DNA of 64,000 nucleotides from Lentisphaerota bacterium (GCA_016188985.1 JACPGM010000053.1:4290-68289), one strand, 5' to 3'; positions 9,389-19,973 are shown, counted from the stretch's first letter. A program made the numbers and translations. The notes: a model not told the origin generated them from the sequence alone.

Positions 9389-11920
9389 TCATGACTTTAC
9401 CACAATATTGACCAGGCGGTTCGGGACGACCACGAATTTAAGAACCTGCTCGCGCTTGACGGTCTTGGCGATCTGCGGCTGCGCCAAGGCGAGGTCTTCC
9501 AGGGCTTGGCGGTCAGAGCCGGACGGGGCCATCATCGTGCCGCGGAATTTGCCGTTCAGTTGGAGAGCGATTTCTACCTGGTCGCGCGCCAGAGCAGCGG
9601 GGTCGGCGGTTGGCCAGGCGACTTGCAGAATGCCGGGAGCATGTCCCAGCTCTACCCACAACTCTTCGGCGATATGGGGCGCCAGGGGCGAGAGCAGCAG
9701 AACAATCGTCTCCAGGGCGAAGCGCATTACGGCCTTTTCCTGGTCGCGCGCGCCGGCGGCGAGCTGGATGGCTTCCACCGCGTTCAATAGTTCCATGATG
9801 CGGGCCACGGCGGTATTAAAATGGAAGGCGCCTTCCAGGTCGCCGGTAACCGCTTGAATAGTTTCATGGGCCTTACGGTAAAGCTCACGCTCGCGGGCGT
9901 TCAGGGTAGCCAATTCCGGCCGGACCGGTTTGGCCGCCGCTAAGACGGCGTGGTGCGCGTAGATGAAACGCCAGAGGCGCTTGAGAAACCGGGCAGCGCC
10001 CTCAATGCCCTGGTCGCTCCATTCGGCGTCCTTTTCCGGCGGCCCGATAAAAAGCGTGTAGAGCCGCACGGTGTCGGCGCCGTATTTACGGATCAGTTCA
10101 TCCGGGCTGACCACGTTGCCTTTGGACTTGGACATCTTATAGAGCTGGCCGTCCTTGGCGCTGCGCTTGCAGATCATGCCTTGGGTGAAAAGGTTGGCGA
10201 AAGGCTCGTCAAAGCCCACCAGGCCCAGGTCATAGAGCGCCTTCGTGAAAAAGCGCGCATACATGAGGTGCAGGATGGCGTGTTCGATGCCGCCGATATA
10301 CTGGTCCACCGGCAGCCACCGATTGCAAAGCTCGGTCTGGATGGCCTGGCGCTCGTCGCACGCGGAAAGGTAGCGCAGGAAATACCAGCTTGAATCCACG
10401 AAGGTGTCCATGGTGTCGCTTTCGCGCCGCGCGCTCCGGCCGCAGGTTGGGCAGGAAGTGTTGATAAAGTCCGGGCAGCGCGCCAGCGGGGATTCACCCG
10501 TTGGTTTGAATTCGACATCCTCCGGCAGCAGCACGGGCAAATCCTTTTCCTTGACCGGCACGATGCCGCAGGCCTGACAGTAGACGATCGGGATTGGCGC
10601 GCCCCAATAACGCTGGCGGCTGATCAGCCAGTCGCGCAGGCGGTAAGCCACAAAGGCGCGTCCGAATCTTTTTTCCACGGCGTAGGCCGTCATCCGCGCG
10701 CGGGCCTCAGCGCTGGGCAAATCGGTGAACGCTCCGGAATCCACGGTGAGGCCGTCTTCGACGTAGGCCTGCGCCATGGTTTCCAAGCGCAGCGTCTTTT
10801 CCGGGTTTTGAATGGAGAGTCGGATGGGCAGGCCGTATTTGCGGGCGAAGGCCCAGTCGCGGGTGTCATGGGCTGGCACCGCCATGACCGCGCCGGCGCC
10901 ATAGCTCATCACCACATAATCGCCGACCCACAGGGGAATTTTTTCGCCGGTATAGGGATTGATCACCAACCGCCCGGTGAATACGCCGTTTTTCTCACCG
11001 GCATCGCCGGCGCGTTCGGCGGCGGTAATTTTGATGGCCTGGGCAATGAACTGCCGGACCGGCGTTTCCTGCGGCAGGCCGCGCACCAGTTCCGGCAAGT
11101 CCGGATACTCCGGCGCCAGAACCATGTAAGTACAGCCGTAAATTGTGTCCACGCGTGTGGTGAAACAGCCCACGCTTTTTGCGCTATCGCACCGGCCATC
11201 AGGGCGGGGTACCAGGGGGAATTCGAGCAACGCGCCTTCGCTGCGACCGATCCAGTTCTGCTGCATGAGCTTGACCCGCTCCGGCCAGCCCTTCAGCTTG
11301 GCCAGGTCGTCCAGCAGCCGCTGGGCATACGCGGTGATCTTGAAAAACCACTGCTCCAGGCGCTTTTCCTGGACAGGCGACTCGCAGCGCCAGCACCCTC
11401 CATCAATTACCTGTTCATTGGCCAGCACCGCCGCGCAGCCCGGGCACCAGTTAACCGGCGCCAAGGCCTTGTAAGCCAGGCCGCGCTTGAAAAACTGCAG
11501 AAACAGCCATTGGGTCCAGCGATAATAGTCCGGCAGGCAGGCGGTCACCTCGCAGTCCCAATCATAGCAACAGCCCCAGGCGTCCAATTGCCGCTTCATG
11601 GTGGCGATATTGGCCAAGGTGGTGAGGCGCGGGTGGGTGCCGGTCTGGATGGCCGCGTTTTCGGCGGGCAGACCGAAAGCATCCCAGCCCATGGGCGTCA
11701 GCACGTTGTAGCCGCGCATCTTTTTGTAACGGGCCACGGCGTCGCCGATGATGTAATTGCGCCCGTGGCCGACGTGCAGGGCCGCCGAAGGATAGGGGAA
11801 CATCATCAGGCAGTAAAATTTCCGGTCGGTTTTGCTCAAGTCCGCCTTGAACTGGCCCTGAGCGCGCCAATAGGCCTGCCACTTGCTCTCAATTTCAGCA
11901 AATGGATATTGCTCTTGCAT
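9389..11920 (-). CDS. leuS: Leucine--tRNA ligase
   Basis: 843 aa. Carries 'HVGHGRNY' (HIGH) and 'KMSKSKGN' (KMSKS), and has the overall LeuRS layout including the CP1 editing region. Confidence 0.97.
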   Translation of the reverse strand: MQEQYPFAEIESKWQAYWRAQGQFKADLSKTDRKFYCLMMFPYPSAALHVGHGRNYIIGDAVARYKKMRGYNVLTPMGWDAFGLPAENAAIQTGTHPRLTTLANIATMKRQLDAWGCCYDWDCEVTACLPDYYRWTQWLFLQFFKRGLAYKALAPVNWCPGCAAVLANEQVIDGGCWRCESPVQEKRLEQWFFKITAYAQRLLDDLAKLKGWPERVKLMQQNWIGRSEGALLEFPLVPRPDGRCDSAKSVGCFTTRVDTIYGCTYMVLAPEYPDLPELVRGLPQETPVRQFIAQAIKITAAERAGDAGEKNGVFTGRLVINPYTGEKIPLWVGDYVVMSYGAGAVMAVPAHDTRDWAFARKYGLPIRLSIQNPEKTLRLETMAQAYVEDGLTVDSGAFTDLPSAEARARMTAYAVEKRFGRAFVAYRLRDWLISRQRYWGAPIPIVYCQACGIVPVKEKDLPVLLPEDVEFKPTGESPLARCPDFINTSCPTCGRSARRESDTMDTFVDSSWYFLRYLSACDERQAIQTELCNRWLPVDQYIGGIEHAILHLMYARFFTKALYDLGLVGFDEPFANLFTQGMICKRSAKDGQLYKMSKSKGNVVSPDELIRKYGADTVRLYTLFIGPPEKDAEWSDQGIEGAARFLKRLWRFIYAHHAVLAAAKPVRPELATLNARERELYRKAHETIQAVTGDLEGAFHFNTAVARIMELLNAVEAIQLAAGARDQEKAVMRFALETIVLLLSPLAPHIAEELWVELGHAPGILQVAWPTADPAALARDQVEIALQLNGKFRGTMMAPSGSDRQALEDLALAQPQIAKTVKREQVLKFVVVPNRLVNIVVKS

Positions 11921-12062
11921 AATTGGCCTGATAGTTAGCTCTGCTCCTTAGCCGGAGAGAATGGACGCTACTATAATTAAAGCGGCGGCGAAACGCATTA
12001 ATAAAATGACAGGGCAGGAATGATCTGGTAAGAAGAGCGATAGTAACTGCTCAGACATCTAA

Positions 12063-12225
12063 GCAAAACCGGCGGGACAAGGCTGTCCCGCCCTACCAAT
12101 GGGAAGATGTCCCGCCATAGGCGGGTCTGCCTATGGAATGAAAATCTGGCTTGCCGTCGTCCGGCAACAGCCGGACTATGGCTGAGCACGGTAGGGCCGC
12201 ACAGCCTGTGCGGCCGTTGGGACAG
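12063..12225 (+). repeat. Composite REP cluster, family B, copy 1
   Basis: Chain of palindromes: ggcgggacaaggctgtcccgcc, cccgccataggcggg and ggccgcacagcctgtgcggcc. It matches the reverse complement of 38121-38241 except for a ~44-nt extra unit at about 12147-12190. Confidence 0.75.
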
Positions 12226-12260
12226 TTGAACGAGTAATAAATGTCTCGGTGAGGTAGAGC

Positions 12261-13478
12261 ATGCGTATTCAATCCTTTAAGGCTTGGCGGCCGGTTGCTG
12301 CTGCCGCCGCCGAGGTAGCCAGCGTGCCCTATGATGTGGTGGACCGGGCCGAGGCTCTCAGGGAGGTCCAAGCCAAACCGCTCAGTTTTCTGCATGTCAC
12401 CCGCGCGGAAATAGACCTGAGCGAAGCTACCCAGCCCTATGCCGAGGCGGTCTACGCCAAAGCCCGCGCCAATTTTGAAGCATTGCGCAAACAGGGCGTG
12501 CTCGTTCGGGAAGATGAGCCGGCGTTTTTTGTCTATCGTCAGGAGTGGCAAGGCCACGTCCAGCGCGGGGTGGCTGCCTGTTGTCACATTGACGATTACA
12601 CTGGTGGCCGGATCAAGCAGCATGAAAGAACGCGGCCTGACAAGGAAGCTGACCGTTTGCGGCACATTCTGGCGCTTCGTGCGCATACTGGCCTGGTGTT
12701 CCTGGCTTATCGCGATGAGTCGGCGGTAGACGCTCTCGTTCGAACTACCGAAGAACTCGCGCCGCTTTATGATTTCACGGCCGGGGATGGCGTGCGGCAT
12801 ATTGTCTGGCGGGTAGGGGCTATGCGGGAATTAACCGAAGCGTTCAAGGGCGTGCCGTGTCTTTATATTGCCGATGGGCATCATCGCGCGGCGGCTGCCG
12901 CCCGCGTGGCCGAGCAGTTGCGCGCCCAAGAGCAAAAACCCGCGGGTTCGGAAGAATACAACTGGTTCCCGGCGGTCATGTTTCCGGCCAGTCAGCTCAA
13001 GATCCTTAGCTATAACCGCTGTATCCGCGATTTGAACGGCTTGACCGAAGCCGCTTTTCTGGAAACGGTTGGCCGGCGGTTCAAGCTGACCGCCAATGCT
13101 GACCCCACACCGCCGGGGACGGCGCAGATTGCCATGTTTCTGGGTGGGCGTTGGTTTGGACTGAGCTGGTTGCCGGAGCGCAACGCCGAAGCGCTTGCGG
13201 CTTTGGACGTCAGCGTCCTGCAAGACCGGCTGTTGTGTCCCGTCCTGGGAATTACCGACCCGCGCACGGATAAACGCATTGAGTTTATCGGCGGCATTCG
13301 CGGCGTGACGGAGTTAGAAGCGCGGGTTCAGACCGGGCGCTCGGCCGTGGCTTTTTCATTGGCGCCGGTGACCATCGCCCAACTGATGACCGTTGCCGAC
13401 CAAGGTAAATGTCTCCCGCCCAAGAGCACCTGGTTTGAGCCCAAACTGCGCGACGGCCTCCTCGTGCATACCTTTTAG
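12261..13478 (+). CDS. DUF1015 domain-containing protein
   Basis: 'VASVPYDVV', 'LYIADGHHR' and an overall length of about 405 aa are typical of DUF1015. Confidence 0.85.
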   Translation: MRIQSFKAWRPVAAAAAEVASVPYDVVDRAEALREVQAKPLSFLHVTRAEIDLSEATQPYAEAVYAKARANFEALRKQGVLVREDEPAFFVYRQEWQGHVQRGVAACCHIDDYTGGRIKQHERTRPDKEADRLRHILALRAHTGLVFLAYRDESAVDALVRTTEELAPLYDFTAGDGVRHIVWRVGAMRELTEAFKGVPCLYIADGHHRAAAAARVAEQLRAQEQKPAGSEEYNWFPAVMFPASQLKILSYNRCIRDLNGLTEAAFLETVGRRFKLTANADPTPPGTAQIAMFLGGRWFGLSWLPERNAEALAALDVSVLQDRLLCPVLGITDPRTDKRIEFIGGIRGVTELEARVQTGRSAVAFSLAPVTIAQLMTVADQGKCLPPKSTWFEPKLRDGLLVHTF

Positions 13479-13486
13479 GGTAAGAT

Positions 13487-14551
13487 ATGACATCGAAAGA
13501 GCGTGTCCGCATAACGCTCGCGCGCAACGCCGCCGACCGGGTTCCGGTGAATTACGAGGCAAACCCGGGCATTGATCGGCGTCTTAAAGAGCATTTCGGG
13601 CTGACCGCCGACGATGACGAGGGATTGCGTCGAGCGCTTGGCGTGGATTTCCGCAGTGTCGAGGCTGTGTACCGGGGACCAAGGCTGCACCAGGACATTC
13701 CCGAACGGGGCATCAAGGTGGACAATATGGGTATTCACTGCCGCTGGATCGAGCACGAGAGCGGCGGATACTGGGACTACTGCGATTTTCCGCTGAAGGA
13801 TGCCGACGAAGAGACCGTTGCCAACTGGAGCATGCCCGATGCGGATCAATATGACTTTTCGGAAGTTCGCCGCCACTGTCAACATTACCGCGAGTATGCG
13901 GTCAGCCTGCTGTGCTATGGGGATTTGATCAATGGCAACGGCATGCTGCGCGGCATGGAGCAGACCCTGATAGATCTAATTACCGATAACCCGGCCGGGC
14001 TGCTGCTGGCCGACCGCCGCTTCGGTTTCCAGATGGAAATCGCGCGGCGGACGCTCGAAGCCGCCCGGGGAGGCATTGATATTCTATGGCTCGGAGAGGA
14101 CCTGGGCTTACAGGATCGCCCCATGATTTCCATGGACATCTTCAAGAAACATGTTCGCCCGCGCTATCAGAAGCTGGTTGATCTCGGGAAAGCTTTCGGC
14201 GCTCGGGTCATGATCCACACCTGCGGCTCTTCAAGTTGGGCATACGAGGACTTTATTGAAATGGGTATTGACGCCGTGGACACTCTCCAACCGGAAGCCA
14301 AAGACATGGCGCCGGCCTACCTGAAAAACACTTTCGGCGGTCGGCTTGCCTTTCACGGGTGCATCAGCACGGCCGGAGCGGTTGCGTTCGGCACGCCCCA
14401 GGACGTGGCGGCGTATTGCCGGCAAACACTGGCGATCATGATGCCCGGGGGTGGCTATTGCTTCGCGCCGACCCACGCTTTGCAGGACAATTCGCCCACC
14501 GAGAACGTCGTGGTAATGTACGAGACCGCGCGGAAGCATGGAATCTATTAA
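13487..14551 (+). CDS. Uroporphyrinogen decarboxylase (URO-D) family protein, paralog 1
   Basis: N-terminal 'KERVRITLARNAADRVPVNYEA' and C-terminal 'GGGYCFAPTHALQDNSPTENVVVMYE' fit the UroD/MtaA-like methyltransferase-type family. It starts 8 nt after DUF1015. Confidence 0.85.
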   Translation: MTSKERVRITLARNAADRVPVNYEANPGIDRRLKEHFGLTADDDEGLRRALGVDFRSVEAVYRGPRLHQDIPERGIKVDNMGIHCRWIEHESGGYWDYCDFPLKDADEETVANWSMPDADQYDFSEVRRHCQHYREYAVSLLCYGDLINGNGMLRGMEQTLIDLITDNPAGLLLADRRFGFQMEIARRTLEAARGGIDILWLGEDLGLQDRPMISMDIFKKHVRPRYQKLVDLGKAFGARVMIHTCGSSSWAYEDFIEMGIDAVDTLQPEAKDMAPAYLKNTFGGRLAFHGCISTAGAVAFGTPQDVAAYCRQTLAIMMPGGGYCFAPTHALQDNSPTENVVVMYETARKHGIY

Positions 14552-14602
14552 GGCGGGCTTGTGCCCGCAACCCAAGTTGTTAATGCTTCCTTCCAATTGT
14601 GC

Positions 14603-14761
14603 GGTGAATTTGGTTCGAAAAAGGCGGCGGCGATCTTAGGCCGCCTGCAGGTTTTCCGCGCTTGCGCATACAAGAGTATAGCGCTGCGCGCGGCGCACCC
14701 GCATTCGGCCCGAGCTGGCCTTGCTTTTTCGAATCCGCCTTCGGCGGAAACCAAATTCACC
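14603..14761 (+). mobile_element. MITE-like repeat, family D, copy 1 (13-nt TIR GGTGAATTTGGTT)
   Basis: ggtgaatttggtt...aaccaaattcacc termini. The interior aligns along its length with the reverse complement of 26931-27092. Confidence 0.7.
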
Positions 14762-15077
14762 CCACGACTGCATCCGCCCGGCAAGCCGGGGGCTTGCCTG
14801 GCGGAAATAAAACTAGTTTTCGGCTAAAACATACACCAAAAACGTGTATCTTTACGGGAAAGCGTCTAAATAAATTTTTCGCCGGGCGAAAAATTTATGA
14901 TGCGCCTGCGGCGCACAGATGACTTTATGTTTTGGAATATTCTGCTATGTAGCTGCGCCCATGAGGGCGTGGATTTACCTGGCAGCCACGGCGTCACCGC
15001 CGCGGCTTGTTGTTAATTTTTCCGTAAGCCGCTAACCCGCGAAGGAAACCCAGGCTGGGCAACGTTAAGACTAAAAA

Positions 15078-16136
15078 ATGAACTCAAGAGAACGAATGCT
15101 GGCCGCGATCAACCGGCAACCGCTCGATCGCATTCCCACGGATATATGGGCAACCGCGGAGGTCTGGGCCAAACTGCGTAATTACTTCGGTGAGAAGACC
15201 GACATAACGACAGAACTCCACATTGACGGGTTTGCCGCGGTCGGACCGGAATACGTTGGCCCGGCGCTGCCGCCGGTGTTCAAGGATGAGTCGGTAGATT
15301 TCTGGGGCATCCGCAGAAAGCGCGTGCCCCACGAAGGCGGCGCCTATGATGAGCAATTCTTCTATCCACTGGCCAACGCGCAGACCATTGACGATCTGAA
15401 CGATTACGCCTGGCCGAGCACGGAATGGTTTGACTATTCGCTCATGCGGGCCAAAGCCGAGGAAGCTGGAAGAACCAGGGCCGTGCAGTGCGGCTATATG
15501 GCCCCATTCTATTTTCATAACCAGTTGCGAGGCTTAGAGCAATCGCTGGTTGATCCCCTGGTCAAGCCAGAATTTACGCATTTTCTTATCGGGCGGATTG
15601 CGGACTTCTTTTTTAAACATCATCGGCGGATGTTCGAGGCCTGCCAGGGGTTCATTGATGTGGCGCAAGTGACTGACGACCTCGGCAGCCAAACGGGTCC
15701 CCTTATCAGCCTGGACTTGTACCGGGAATTCTATGCCCCTCACCACAAACGCTTTATTGATCTGTGCTACGAGTTCGGGATCAAGGTCTTCCATCATGAT
15801 GATGGCAGTTGCCGCGCGTTCCTGCCTAAGTTGGTCGAGATGGGGATCAATATCCTCAATCCCGTTCAGTGGACTTGTCCGGGAATGGACATGGCCGAAC
15901 TGAAAGCGGAGTTCGGGAAGCGGATCTGCTTCCACGGCGCTGTGGAGAACCAGCGCATACTGCCTTTTGGAACTCCCGCAGAAGTTCGCGCCGAAGTGCG
16001 CCACTGCATTGATGCGCTGGCCAGCGATGGCACGGGATACATCCTGGCCCCCTGCCACAACCTGCAGGTCAACACGCCGGTCGCTAACATCATCGCCATG
16101 TACGACGAAGCCTGGCAGTACGGGAAAATGTCCTGA
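15078..16136 (+). CDS. Uroporphyrinogen decarboxylase (URO-D) family protein, paralog 2
   Basis: 'SRERMLAAINRQPLDRIPTDIWA' and 'GTGYILAPCHNLQVNTPVANIIAMYDEA'. It has the same architecture as 13487-14551. Confidence 0.85.
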   Translation: MNSRERMLAAINRQPLDRIPTDIWATAEVWAKLRNYFGEKTDITTELHIDGFAAVGPEYVGPALPPVFKDESVDFWGIRRKRVPHEGGAYDEQFFYPLANAQTIDDLNDYAWPSTEWFDYSLMRAKAEEAGRTRAVQCGYMAPFYFHNQLRGLEQSLVDPLVKPEFTHFLIGRIADFFFKHHRRMFEACQGFIDVAQVTDDLGSQTGPLISLDLYREFYAPHHKRFIDLCYEFGIKVFHHDDGSCRAFLPKLVEMGINILNPVQWTCPGMDMAELKAEFGKRICFHGAVENQRILPFGTPAEVRAEVRHCIDALASDGTGYILAPCHNLQVNTPVANIIAMYDEAWQYGKMS

Positions 16137-16228
16137 TCAGGTCGTTTCTTTTCAAGCGCGCCGCAGTTGCCCGACGGGCTTAATATCGGGTAGCGCGCCG
16201 TGTAGGTCGTTCACCGCCCGGAGGCAGG

Positions 16229-16654
16229 TTATTTGCCGAGCGCCTGTTCAAGGTCCATGGCGTGCTCCTGTTCCACCGCCAGAATGGTCCGCAGTTGCTG
16301 GGCCAGATGATACAGGTTCAGTGCCTCGGCTTGTTTTATCCTGACAATGTAACGGGCAATGGCGTCGTTCTCGCCGGCCAGGTCCTGCTTCAGCATTGCC
16401 AGGTTGTCCGCCGAAATTTTCGGAAGGGGCATATTCACGGTGGGAAAGCCGCCGAGATAATCAATCTGGCTGGCCAGGATGGTGGCATGGGCCAGTTCCT
16501 CCTGGGCATGGATAATGAGCTCCTTCTGGATGCTCTGGAACATGGCGCCTTTCAAGACGCCCTGGTGCTGCGTGTATTGCACGCAGGCGGTGTATTCCAG
16601 GCCCAAGTCCTTGTTGAGCAATTCCAGCAATTGTTTTTTCGTTGCCTTCGGCAT
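16229..16654 (-). CDS. Ferritin-like / bacterioferritin-like di-iron protein
   Basis: The four-helix ExxH pattern is present: 'QEELAHATIL' and 'AVEQEHAMDLE'. N-terminus 'LNKDLGLEYTACVQYTQH'. Confidence 0.8.
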   Translation of the reverse strand: MPKATKKQLLELLNKDLGLEYTACVQYTQHQGVLKGAMFQSIQKELIIHAQEELAHATILASQIDYLGGFPTVNMPLPKISADNLAMLKQDLAGENDAIARYIVRIKQAEALNLYHLAQQLRTILAVEQEHAMDLEQALGK

Positions 16655-16784
16655 GATTGCTTCCTCCTATTTTGAAAATTTTACACCTGCATTCAATCAG
16701 TTGTATTCTATTAATCTGGCAAAGTAAGGGAAGCTTTTTTTCTGCCGGGGTTGGGTTTGCGGCACCCGCCGGCAGCTCATCAAA

Positions 16785-17267
16785 TCACGGCAGTGCCGGG
16801 GGCTTGATCGCGCCTTGCAACTCGGTGGTACAATGGGGACAGCGCACCGCCTTTAGGGGAATCGTTGAACAGCAGAACGGGCAAGCCTTGGTTGCGGGTG
16901 TAACCGGCGCTGGGGCCGCGGCGGGGGCTGCGGAAAGCCGTTGTTTCAGCCGTTGAATGAATTGGATCATCATGAAAATTACAAAGGCCTGAATGAGGAA
17001 ATCAATGATGGTGTTAATGAACAGGCCGAACTTAATCGTGGTGGCGCCGGCGGCTTTGGCCGTCTCCAGCGCCGCAAAGCGCCGCGTATTGAGATTAAAG
17101 CAAATGTCGGCAAAATTGATCTTGCTGACCAGCAAGCCCAGGGGGGGCATGAGGACATCGTTCACCAGGGAGCTGACAATTCGGCCGAAGGCGCTGCCGA
17201 TAATCACGCCGACGGCCATGTCAATGACATTGCCGCGCAGGGCGAATTCCTTGAACTCTTTCAGCAT
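16785..17267 (-). CDS. mscL: Large-conductance mechanosensitive channel MscL with a C-terminal zinc-ribbon extension
   Basis: 'MLKEFKEFALRGNVIDMAVGVIIGSAFGRIVSSLVNDVLMPPLG' is the canonical MscL N-terminus. The tail 'CPFCCSTIPLKAVRCPHCTTEL' is CxxC...CxxC. Start 17267 was chosen because the longer ORF would overlap the upstream gene by 43 nt. Confidence 0.9.
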   Translation of the reverse strand: MLKEFKEFALRGNVIDMAVGVIIGSAFGRIVSSLVNDVLMPPLGLLVSKINFADICFNLNTRRFAALETAKAAGATTIKFGLFINTIIDFLIQAFVIFMMIQFIQRLKQRLSAAPAAAPAPVTPATKACPFCCSTIPLKAVRCPHCTTELQGAIKPPALP

Positions 17268-18406
17268 GGGCTCGGGTAAATCCGCGGGTTTTGCCGCCGG
17301 CATTCGTCAATAACCGCTATCTGCCGGCGAACCTGCTCCGGGGTGATGGCTAGGGGCGCGCCGCGCGTGAGCGTCCGGTAAAGCATCGAATAAAACGCGG
17401 CCGTCAGGTTACTGACGGGCGCGGCAGGAGTATAGCCGGTGGCCTTTGATTTTGCGCCCGCCTTCGCTGCTGGAGCGGCGGGCTTGCCCGCCATAGCTCC
17501 CTGAGCGACGGCGGGCCAGAAACCGGTATGCCAGACAAGCGCCTCGTGCGGATAGGCCGGAGTGCCATCGGGATTAAAGAGCGGCTCTTTGGTTAGTTTG
17601 TGTCGGGGAGCCTCGCTGCGTTTGTAATATTTCCATTCCATATTTGCCTGGGTAGCCTTCAGGCCGCCGCGTGTGCCGTAGATATTGTAATTAAAGCACG
17701 GGTAAGCGCAGCAACAGGAAACTTCCAGGTCAATAGTGGGGTGGCCTGCTCCGCTCAGGATTACCTTGACATGGTCTTCGGCATTGCCAAACGAGTTGTC
17801 GGTATGGTCCATGAAGCAGGCGACTTTGGGCTGACCCTCGCCGAACAGTTGCAGGGCCTGGTCCAGCGGATGCGGGCCGGTATTGGCCAGGCTGCCGCCA
17901 TTGCGGCTCTGCAGGGTCTGCCAGTCCCAGCGCCGGCTGAACCCGTTGAAGGCGATTGAAATCTGAACGATACGGCCCAGTACGCCTGACCGAATTACTT
18001 GTTGCAGTTGAACGAAGTAAGGGGCAAACCGCGACTGCTGGAAAATGGCCAACACCTTTTTGGATTTCCTGGCGGTGACAATTAACCGGTCAACTTCCTT
18101 GACGGTCGCGGCCAGCGGTTTTTCGCAAAGGACGTTATATCCGGCTTTCAGAAACGCCAGGCTGATTGGCGCGTGCAATTGGCTGTAGGTGGCGTTGACA
18201 ACGAGGTCGAGGTCGCGCCGCTTGAAAAGCTGATGATAATCGCGGTACACGTCGCAATGGTATTCCTGGGCGGCTCGTCGCTGGCGGTCTTCCAGGGGAT
18301 CCACGGCGGCCGTGATTTGGAAGCGCGGATCGGTTATTAGGTAGGCGCCGTGAATGTCGCGGCCGCTGCGGCCTTGCCCGATAATTGCCACCCGGATTTT
18401 TTTCAT
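17261..18406 (-). CDS. Gfo/Idh/MocA family oxidoreductase
   Basis: N-terminal Rossmann 'KIRVAIIGQGRSGRDIHG', the 'EKPLA' motif, and a length of 381 aa. Confidence 0.85.
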   Translation of the reverse strand: MKKIRVAIIGQGRSGRDIHGAYLITDPRFQITAAVDPLEDRQRRAAQEYHCDVYRDYHQLFKRRDLDLVVNATYSQLHAPISLAFLKAGYNVLCEKPLAATVKEVDRLIVTARKSKKVLAIFQQSRFAPYFVQLQQVIRSGVLGRIVQISIAFNGFSRRWDWQTLQSRNGGSLANTGPHPLDQALQLFGEGQPKVACFMDHTDNSFGNAEDHVKVILSGAGHPTIDLEVSCCCAYPCFNYNIYGTRGGLKATQANMEWKYYKRSEAPRHKLTKEPLFNPDGTPAYPHEALVWHTGFWPAVAQGAMAGKPAAPAAKAGAKSKATGYTPAAPVSNLTAAFYSMLYRTLTRGAPLAITPEQVRRQIAVIDECRRQNPRIYPSPC

Positions 18407-18786
18407 TTGCGCTGATGTCCCCCAACCTGCGTTATTAGCTCTGGATCATTTGCGTCAGGCGCTGAGTAATGAAGCATGAAGCGCCGCCGGCTGCAAGTGG
18501 AAAAAACCGCTGCGGGGGGGTAATTGGCTACGGCTGTGTCGCTCTACCACATGAACGCCGCGTGGCCTGTCCGCAATGCTACGCATAGCGTTGCAGACGA
18601 GCTGCCCCGGCGAGCATGACGCAGCCTTGGACAATCCCGATCCCCGCCGGTCTCCCCCCTTGCCATTTAGCCGCCGACAATCTATATTAAGTTTGGGCCT
18701 AAACGCTTTTTGCCAGGCCCTCCTGAGGCCGGCGCTGAATAGGGCCTTTGTTATCCTCGGTCTGGCCGGTGGATTGAGTACCAAAT

Positions 18787-18802
18787 TGGCACGCAAACTG
18801 CT
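18787..18802 (+). promoter_or_regulatory. Candidate sigma54 (-24/-12) promoter upstream of the pseudopilin cluster
   Basis: TGGCACGcaaaCTGCT compared with consensus TGGCACG-N4-TTGCW. The GG and GC elements have correct spacing. It lies 55 nt upstream of the ATG at 18858. Confidence 0.4.
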
Positions 18803-18857
18803 TTATGTAATACAGGATAGCGATTTTGGCTTGCCTACGTAAGGGAGAGGAGCGATT

Positions 18858-19493
18858 ATGAGTCCGATGCAAAGCATAAAAACGGGAAAGTTGAGCGCGG
18901 CAGCGTTCTCCCTCGTGGAAGTGATGGTAGCCACGGCGATATTCGGCCTGGTGACGGCCGGCACCTTCGGCGTCTATATCATGTGCCAGAAGCTGTGGCG
19001 CGCCACGACGCTGAGCACGGATACGTCGCGGCTGGCCAACCTGGCAATCGAACGCATGATCTACGGACTGGGCACCAATAGCGGCCTGCGCTCCGCCGCC
19101 ACCATTTCAATTGACACCAATGTGCACACATATATGACTTATTCAAATTATTGGGATTCGCCGAATGGCTCACCGCCGCCGGCCAACCACTGGTCTCTTA
19201 ATTTATCTCCGACCTGGACTGAGCGCGATGGCAGTTGGCGGATAATTTGTTCTAATGCTTTCGATGGGGTGACCTGGATTGATTATGTAAAGAAACAACG
19301 AAGTATCGTAATGTGGCCAACTATCTGGCAGCCAGACAGCCGGCAGTATATCGCCAATTGGGTTTTGGACGCGGAGGTGTCCACCAACTGGCAAGGGAGC
19401 GACATTGCTGTGATGGTGGTAGTGTGGAAAAAGGATGGAAACTTTGTAGTCAGCAACGAGGCCAGCGCCTTAATCAAAATGCGGAACAAATGA
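18858..19493 (+). CDS. Pseudopilin / type IV pilin-like protein with a prepilin-type N-terminal domain
   Basis: 'AAAFSLVEVMVATAIFGLV' is a class-III signal-like segment with Glu at +5, followed by a hydrophobic helix. Confidence 0.7.
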   Translation: MSPMQSIKTGKLSAAAFSLVEVMVATAIFGLVTAGTFGVYIMCQKLWRATTLSTDTSRLANLAIERMIYGLGTNSGLRSAATISIDTNVHTYMTYSNYWDSPNGSPPPANHWSLNLSPTWTERDGSWRIICSNAFDGVTWIDYVKKQRSIVMWPTIWQPDSRQYIANWVLDAEVSTNWQGSDIAVMVVVWKKDGNFVVSNEASALIKMRNK

Positions 19494-19497
19494 AAGC

Positions 19498-19953
19498 ATG
19501 GTTAGCAGAGGGTGGTTTATGAAAGCAACTGATCCGGAGAAAAGAATTGGGCGGGTGACTTGCGGCCCGTCCGGGTTAACCCTGGTTGAGGTGGTGATCG
19601 CCATCGGGATCCTGTTGATCTCCACAGGGGCTCTTCTTTGGGCCTTTGTCAGCGCCAAGCACTCGAGCACCGTCGCGCAAAATCGAGTGTTGGCCATGGA
19701 AAATGCCCGTAACGAACTGGAACTGTTGCGGATTCAACCTTATTCGAGTGTTAGCAATTTCGGGCCCGTAGCTATAACCAATGCGATCTTCACGGGCATA
19801 AGCGGCAAGAGGCAATGGACTGTCACGGACTTTACCAATAGCAGCGGTGATAGCATCTATAAGGAAGTGATTGTGACCATCTCCTGGCTCAATCCAGGAA
19901 GCGCAGAGTCAAGTTCACTGAGTAACAGCACGGTCTTTTTTAACACGAATTGA
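19498..19953 (+). CDS. Pseudopilin / type IV pilin-like protein with a prepilin-type N-terminal domain
   Basis: 'GPSGLTLVEVVIAIGILLIS' has G|LTLVE with Glu+5. The start could instead be the Met at 19519. Confidence 0.7.
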   Translation: MVSRGWFMKATDPEKRIGRVTCGPSGLTLVEVVIAIGILLISTGALLWAFVSAKHSSTVAQNRVLAMENARNELELLRIQPYSSVSNFGPVAITNAIFTGISGKRQWTVTDFTNSSGDSIYKEVIVTISWLNPGSAESSSLSNSTVFFNTN

Positions 19954-19973
19954 CCGGGGTAGGGTGAAGCATC

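Noticed and set aside
10808-11938. 376-aa ORF antisense to leuS
   Set aside because: It is a shadow ORF opposite an unambiguous LeuRS gene. The same reasoning applies to 9369-9857 and 9950-10393.
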